A DNA stretch of 64,000 bases. Origin: Anaerolineales bacterium. GTDB lineage: Bacteria > Chloroflexota > Anaerolineae > Anaerolineales > DRMV01. A model generated the notes under the pieces. The model saw nothing but the letters and a program-made list of their open reading frames with translations, did no database searches and had not been told where the DNA came from. This document shows positions 58,996 to 64,000 of the stretch, one piece after another. Position 1 is the first letter of the stretch. Each line of letters opens with the position of its first letter. The DNA lies in contig JALVVL010000004.1 of NCBI GenBank assembly GCA_027023425.1, forward strand, positions 214-64,213. Reading direction: 5' to 3'. Position numbers and translations under genes: made by a program.

Positions 58996-60687
58996 CTATC
59001 GTTTGAAGCGAAAGCCTTGCTCTTCGGTGTTGAGAATCCATGCCACCAGTTCGCCTATGCGGATGCTGAGGTCGTCGGGGTTCCATTCGCGGGCGCTGGG
59101 GTAGATGCGGTCATAGCGCGAGGAAGTGTCGCCTGAGGTTTGCTCGCGGATTTCATCCCACAACTGGCGGAGGCGCTTTTGCCACAGGGCAAGGTTTTGC
59201 GGCGTGAGGTCAACCCATCCTTGAGCCGCCGTGTCGGCTTTGATTTCGGGGCCGCGCAACATCCGCTCGCCATCGGAGAGCAAAATCGGGATGCCAATGG
59301 AAATTATCTTTTGCCGCAGCGAGGTGTCGGTGGCGATCAAGTTTTCTAATGCCTTGGCGGCTTCCTCGGCGGTTGGTTTCAGGGCGTTGTCAATGGTTCC
59401 GTAGACCCGTTTGAGCAAATATGCTTCAAACAGGAGTTTGGAAAGCCGCGGCGGCCCTAAAATTTCAAATGCAACCGATTCGCCGTGCTCGGCTTCTAAA
59501 CGGCGGAGCAGTTTGAGCGCCGAGCCGCGCAGGTAAGCGGCGCGGTAGGTGGGACCCATTGTGGAAGCGTCCAACGCGGCAATCACATCTTTGCCGGTAT
59601 TGCTTCCCAAAATTTCCAGCACCACGTTTTGGGCAATTTCCTCGGCTGTGACCGATTCCATTTGTCCAAGGGCGGTGATCATGGCAAATTCGCCCGCGGC
59701 AAACAGGCCGTTTTCGCCTGTGTTGATGTAAACCGCCTCAAGGAAGCCCTCGGCGCGCTTCCCAAATTTGCCTTTGCGCGCCAGATTTGCCGGATCTTTC
59801 ACCGAAACGGCATCCTCGGGCAGGCAGTCGTAAAGTTCGTATGGCTTGCCGTGCCGTTTGATTTGCCCATAGCCGATTTGCTTCCAGCCTATCATCGCCG
59901 TGGGTTTGATTTCTTTGGCGGCGATGGGGTAGCCCGGCGTGCGCGCCAGCAAAAATGTGAGCAGGGTTTGCGCTCCCGCCACTGCCGCTTTGGACATCAG
60001 CACGCGCGACGGCTTTTCTTCGCCATGCGTGTAGGGGATGTTTAGTCCCATGCCGCCGGTGCCGCTGGTGCCCACTTTCGCGTAGGCCTCTGTGCCCGCA
60101 GTTTGCATCGCGGCATGCAAAATTTGTATGTGCCGCACCAACTGCGGTATGTAGAGCGAGGCCAGCAGGCGCTCAACTTCATCTGCCCAATCTACCTCTT
60201 CTTGTGGCTTTTCCATTTGCCTTTTGAGGTGGCGGGCGGTTTGGTAAACATTTTGGTATGCTACGACCGTAGCCGTATTCATGCAGTCTACAACTATGTG
60301 AGCGGGCATTCCGCCTAAGTTCCCCCAAGTTCCCATGATGAGTTGGTAGAGCAGTGAGGAAGTGAGGATGTCCTCGTCCAGCGGTTCAAGGATGTCGTCA
60401 ATGAGGCGGCGGCGCGTGGTCGGCTTGGCGAGGATGGCGGACCTGAGCGAGCCATCGTCCTTTTGCCATTCGGCTCGGAGAAAAACATCGCCCCACGCCG
60501 GTAAAATTTGCGTGGGGCTGTCGGGGAATTCATCCTTGAGTTGCTCAACGGCGCTTTCGGCCTCAAACTTGCGAAGCGAGGCGATGACCAAGCGCGCCGG
60601 TTTGTGGGGGAGGATGGCGCGCGCTACGGCGCTCCCTACCAAGCCGTAGCCTCCTAAAATCAGCACGTTTTTGCCTTGAATGTCCAT
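58996..60687 (-). CDS. large Rossmann-fold (SDR-like) protein of unknown function
   Basis: VLILGGYGLVG at N-terminus; KVGTSGTGGMGLNIPYTH motif; AGGAG RBS. Confidence 0.75.
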   Translation of the reverse strand: MDIQGKNVLILGGYGLVGSAVARAILPHKPARLVIASLRKFEAESAVEQLKDEFPDSPTQILPAWGDVFLRAEWQKDDGSLRSAILAKPTTRRRLIDDILEPLDEDILTSSLLYQLIMGTWGNLGGMPAHIVVDCMNTATVVAYQNVYQTARHLKRQMEKPQEEVDWADEVERLLASLYIPQLVRHIQILHAAMQTAGTEAYAKVGTSGTGGMGLNIPYTHGEEKPSRVLMSKAAVAGAQTLLTFLLARTPGYPIAAKEIKPTAMIGWKQIGYGQIKRHGKPYELYDCLPEDAVSVKDPANLARKGKFGKRAEGFLEAVYINTGENGLFAAGEFAMITALGQMESVTAEEIAQNVVLEILGSNTGKDVIAALDASTMGPTYRAAYLRGSALKLLRRLEAEHGESVAFEILGPPRLSKLLFEAYLLKRVYGTIDNALKPTAEEAAKALENLIATDTSLRQKIISIGIPILLSDGERMLRGPEIKADTAAQGWVDLTPQNLALWQKRLRQLWDEIREQTSGDTSSRYDRIYPSAREWNPDDLSIRIGELVAWILNTEEQGFRFKR

Positions 60688-60903
60688 TGTGCTCTCCTTG
60701 TGTGAGAATTGGCGTGAATTTTGCAATGCACGCCGTAGTTACCCTTTCCCTTTCGTTGTGCTTTCGCCAATAGGATACCCTAAAAGCAAGGCACAATCAA
60801 GCGGCAACCGTTTTTGTAGTTTTATACTGCGTTATAATTGTAGCGCATTTCAACCCAAGAGGATGGACGCGCCTTCGGGCGCGTTTTGTTATGGCTGTTA
60901 CCC

Positions 60904-62793
60904 ATGAACACGAAGGCGAAAAACCTCACCCCTCAAGAGATAAATCGGCGGCTTGAGCGCATCCTGCCCACCGTGACCCGCCCGGGGCGCTACACCGGCG
61001 GCGAGTTGAATCAGGTGGTGAAGGATTGGGCGCGCATTCCGGTGAAGGTTGCGCTGGCTTTCCCCGATATTTACGATATTGGCATGTCCAACCTCGGCTT
61101 GGCGATTTTGTACGACATCATCAACCGCCGCGCCGACGCCCTCGCCGAGCGCGTTTACGCCCCGTGGATGGACATGGAAGCCGCTATGCGCGCCGCTCAC
61201 CTGCCGCTTTATTCGCTTGAAACCCATCACCCCCTCCGCGATTTTGACATCATCGGCTTCACCCTGCCTTCCGAAACGCTTTACACCAACTTGCTGAACA
61301 TGCTGGCGCTCGCGGGCATCCCCCTGCGAGCGGAGGAGCGGAGCGCTGATGAGCCGCTTATCATCGCCGGCGGGCACGCCGTCTTCAACCCCGAGCCGAT
61401 AGCGCCCTTCGTTGATGCCTTTGCCATTGGCGAGGGCGAGGATGTGATAAACGAAATCATTGACACCTATCGCGCTTGGAAGCGCGCCGGCACTTCGCGC
61501 CGCGATCTGTGGGAACGGCTGGCGCGGGTTTGGGGTGTGTATGTGCCTGCGCTGTACGAGCCGGTTTACGAAAGGGGGCGTTTCCTCAAAATTGAACGCC
61601 TGAGCGAAGCCGCGCCGCCGCAGGTGCTCAAACGCATCGTCCCCGTCCTGCCGCCGCCGCCCACGAAGTTGGTCGTTCCTTACATTGATACCGTCCACAA
61701 TCGGCTGGCAATTGAAATTATGCGCGGTTGCACGCGCGGCTGCCGATACTGCCAAGCGGGCATGATTACCCGCCCCGTGCGCGAGCGGCCGGTTGAGGAA
61801 ATCATCGCCGCAATAGAAGAAGGCTTGCGCGCCACCGGCTACGAGGAAGTTGGCTTGCTTTCACTTTCGTCAACCGATTATTCGCACGCTTTGGAACTGG
61901 TGCGCGAGGTCAACCGCCGCTTTGGCAAAAGCGGGGTCAGCATTTCATTGCCGTCATCGCGCATTGAAACCTTCACCGTTGAACTGATGGACGCGCTGGA
62001 AGTAACGCGGCGGAGCGGCTTCACGCTTGCCCCCGAGGCCGGAAGCGAGCGAATGCGCCGCATCATCAACAAGCCGATTTCCAGCGAGCAGTTGCTCCAA
62101 ATTGCCGGTGAAATTTACGCGCGCGGCTGGACCACCATCAAACTTTATTTCATGATTGGCTTGCCGCATGAGCGGATGGAGGACGTGCAGGCAATTGCTG
62201 ATTTAGCGCACGCCGTGCTCCGCGAGGGGCGAAAGCGCATCGGCAAGCGCGCCAAAGTTCACCTCGGCGTCAGCACTTTCGTGCCCAAGGTGGATACGCC
62301 GTTCCAATGGGCACCTGCTGATACGGTTGAATCCATCCGCCAAAAGCAAAAACTGCTGCGGGATTCTCTGCGCGGGCGCGGCTTCAAACTCAGCCTCAAC
62401 CGCCCCGAGGAGACCATGCTGGAGGCATGGCTTTCGCGCGGCGACCGCCGCATGGCAGACGCCGTCCAGCGCGCATGGGAACTCGGCGCGCACTTTGACG
62501 CTTGGCGCGAGGGTTTTGAATACGACCTTTGGCTTCAGGCGTTCCGCGATGTTGGGCTTGACCCGTGGGATTATATTCACCGCCAGCGCAGTTTAGACGA
62601 GCCCCTGCCGTGGGAGCACATCAGCCCCGCGGTCAGCAAGCGCTTTTTAGCGCTGGACTACCGCTGGAGCGAAGCCGAGCGCATCCGCCCCGATTGCCGC
62701 AATCAGTGCTATGCCTGCGGCATTCTGCCGACGTTCCGCGATATCCGCCGCGCCCATCCGGGCGATGTGTGGAAGTGCCCTGAGGTGAGATGA
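60904..62793 (+). CDS. B12-binding-domain radical SAM protein (TIGR03960-like)
   Basis: PGRYTGGELN, FPDIYDIGMSNLG, RGCTRGCRYC, TLAPEAGS, KLYFMIGLP. Confidence 0.9.
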   Translation: MNTKAKNLTPQEINRRLERILPTVTRPGRYTGGELNQVVKDWARIPVKVALAFPDIYDIGMSNLGLAILYDIINRRADALAERVYAPWMDMEAAMRAAHLPLYSLETHHPLRDFDIIGFTLPSETLYTNLLNMLALAGIPLRAEERSADEPLIIAGGHAVFNPEPIAPFVDAFAIGEGEDVINEIIDTYRAWKRAGTSRRDLWERLARVWGVYVPALYEPVYERGRFLKIERLSEAAPPQVLKRIVPVLPPPPTKLVVPYIDTVHNRLAIEIMRGCTRGCRYCQAGMITRPVRERPVEEIIAAIEEGLRATGYEEVGLLSLSSTDYSHALELVREVNRRFGKSGVSISLPSSRIETFTVELMDALEVTRRSGFTLAPEAGSERMRRIINKPISSEQLLQIAGEIYARGWTTIKLYFMIGLPHERMEDVQAIADLAHAVLREGRKRIGKRAKVHLGVSTFVPKVDTPFQWAPADTVESIRQKQKLLRDSLRGRGFKLSLNRPEETMLEAWLSRGDRRMADAVQRAWELGAHFDAWREGFEYDLWLQAFRDVGLDPWDYIHRQRSLDEPLPWEHISPAVSKRFLALDYRWSEAERIRPDCRNQCYACGILPTFRDIRRAHPGDVWKCPEVR

Positions 62794-62819
62794 CCGTTTG
62801 CATTTTATTCCCCACAACG

Positions 62820-62900
62820 CGGCGAGCCGGTGTGGGTGGCGAAGCCATTCCCCAAATGGCGGGGAAGACCGCTTTGCGGTGACATAAAGCGGGAGAACTC
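62820..62900. mobile_element. degenerate remnant of the 155-bp MITE
   Basis: GGCGAGCCG..GGCGAAGCCATTCCCC..GCGGTGACATAAAGCGGGAGAACT; TIRs lost. Confidence 0.6.
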
Positions 62901-62950
62901 ACGCCTCCTCCCGCCTTAATTGCGCCGTATATTGCCTCCCTGAGAAAAAA

Positions 62951-64000
62951 TTAGGGACGCAATACCTTCGCTTTTCCCTTCGCCGTTTCTACAATTTCCG
63001 CCGCCAAGTCGTAGCGCTGGAATTGCGGCATCACATACACGCCCTGCGCCCATGAGCGGATGGCTTCCACCAGTTCCTGCGCGATGCGCACGCCTTCCTG
63101 CGGGGCGCGCTCGCCAGCCTGCTCAATGCGCCGCATCACCTCCGGCGGAATTTCAATGCCCGGCACCTCATTGTGCAGGAAGGCGGCGTGGCGGCGGCTG
63201 TAAAGGGGCATCACCCCCACCAGCACGGGGATTTCCAGTTTCCCAAACTCACGTTCGTAATCTTCCAGAAAGCGGCGGGCTTTTTCGGGATCAAACACCG
63301 GCTGGGTAAGGGCGAAATCCGCGCCGGCGCGGATTTTGCGGCGCAGCACCTTCATCTCCCGGGCCGGGTTTTTGGGGTTGAGGTTGAGGGCACAGCCCAC
63401 AAAGAAGGAAGTCGGCTGGCCGATGGTGCTACCCGCGTGGTCAACCCCGGCGTTGAATTTCTGCTTGATGAGTTTGATCAGGCCGGAGGGCACCAGGTCG
63501 TAGTTGTCCATCGCTTCGGGGTAATCGCCGATGGAGGTGGGGTCGCCCATCACCACGAAGACGTTGCGGATGCCCAAGGCGTGCGCGGCGAGCAAATCGC
63601 CCTGCACCCGCAACAGGTTGCGCCCGCGAGTGGGGAAGTGGAGGGTGGTCTCAATGCCTACTTCCTGCTGGATGAGGTGGCACACCGCCCACGGGCTCAT
63701 GCGCATCCGTGCCATGGGGCTGTCGGCCACATCCAGCACGTCTGCGCCCACATCGGCCAGCAGGCGAGCGGCGGCAAGCACCTTGTGCGCCGAAAAGCCC
63801 CGCGGCGGGTGCACTTCCACCGCCACCACAAATTCGCCCGCGGCCAACTTCTGCGCCAGTTCGCTGGGGGCTTCTTCCGGCATGGGAGATTGCTCTTCGG
63901 ATGGGGCGGCTGGCGTCACGATTTCCGGCGAAAGGATGGGCGGCATTTCTGCGAGACGGCGGTGCATCGCGGCGATGTGTTCCGGCGTGGTGCCGCAGCA
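62951..64000 (-). CDS. bifunctional homocysteine S-methyltransferase / methylene-THF reductase, 3' part
   Basis: CCGTTPEHI at the window edge, then MTHFR domain (VADSPMARMRM, GDP, AGADFALTQP). Confidence 0.92.
   Translation of the reverse strand, partial: CCGTTPEHIAAMHRRLAEMPPILSPEIVTPAAPSEEQSPMPEEAPSELAQKLAAGEFVVAVEVHPPRGFSAHKVLAAARLLADVGADVLDVADSPMARMRMSPWAVCHLIQQEVGIETTLHFPTRGRNLLRVQGDLLAAHALGIRNVFVVMGDPTSIGDYPEAMDNYDLVPSGLIKLIKQKFNAGVDHAGSTIGQPTSFFVGCALNLNPKNPAREMKVLRRKIRAGADFALTQPVFDPEKARRFLEDYEREFGKLEIPVLVGVMPLYSRRHAAFLHNEVPGIEIPPEVMRRIEQAGERAPQEGVRIAQELVEAIRSWAQGVYVMPQFQRYDLAAEIVETAKGKAKVLRP

Overview
GC-rich bacterial chromosome segment, probably Chloroflexota/Anaerolineae (inferred from gene content and protein style). 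It is mostly housekeeping: two L,D-transpeptidases, cinA, folD, lutA and a lutB-lutC fusion, psuK/psuG, rpsO-pnp, thyX, the nusA-ylxR-infB-rbfA-nrnA-truB-ribF operon, tmk, the CIRCE-controlled hrcA-grpE-dnaK-dnaJ-prmA operon, two tRNA-Ala, T-box-regulated leuS and ileS, trmI, hutH and ssnA. The most unusual feature is non-coding. Roughly 5 kb (estimated by eye) consists of mosaic arrays built from a small set of 7-, 8- and 9-bp-period modules. These fill operon gaps, supply stop codons to several genes and lie in frame inside two membrane-protein genes. Two different TIR-bounded miniature elements with visible target-site duplications are also present: four copies of about 155 bp, and one 226-bp element nested inside a mosaic array. 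No transposase or nuclease gene is in the window. Protein oddities include a LeuRS with a ~108-aa insertion before KMSKS, an IleRS with a GVHH motif, a double-domain ThyX, an HD-PncC fusion, and a pair of SPFH-like membrane proteins. All calls come from reading motifs by eye; no database searches were run.
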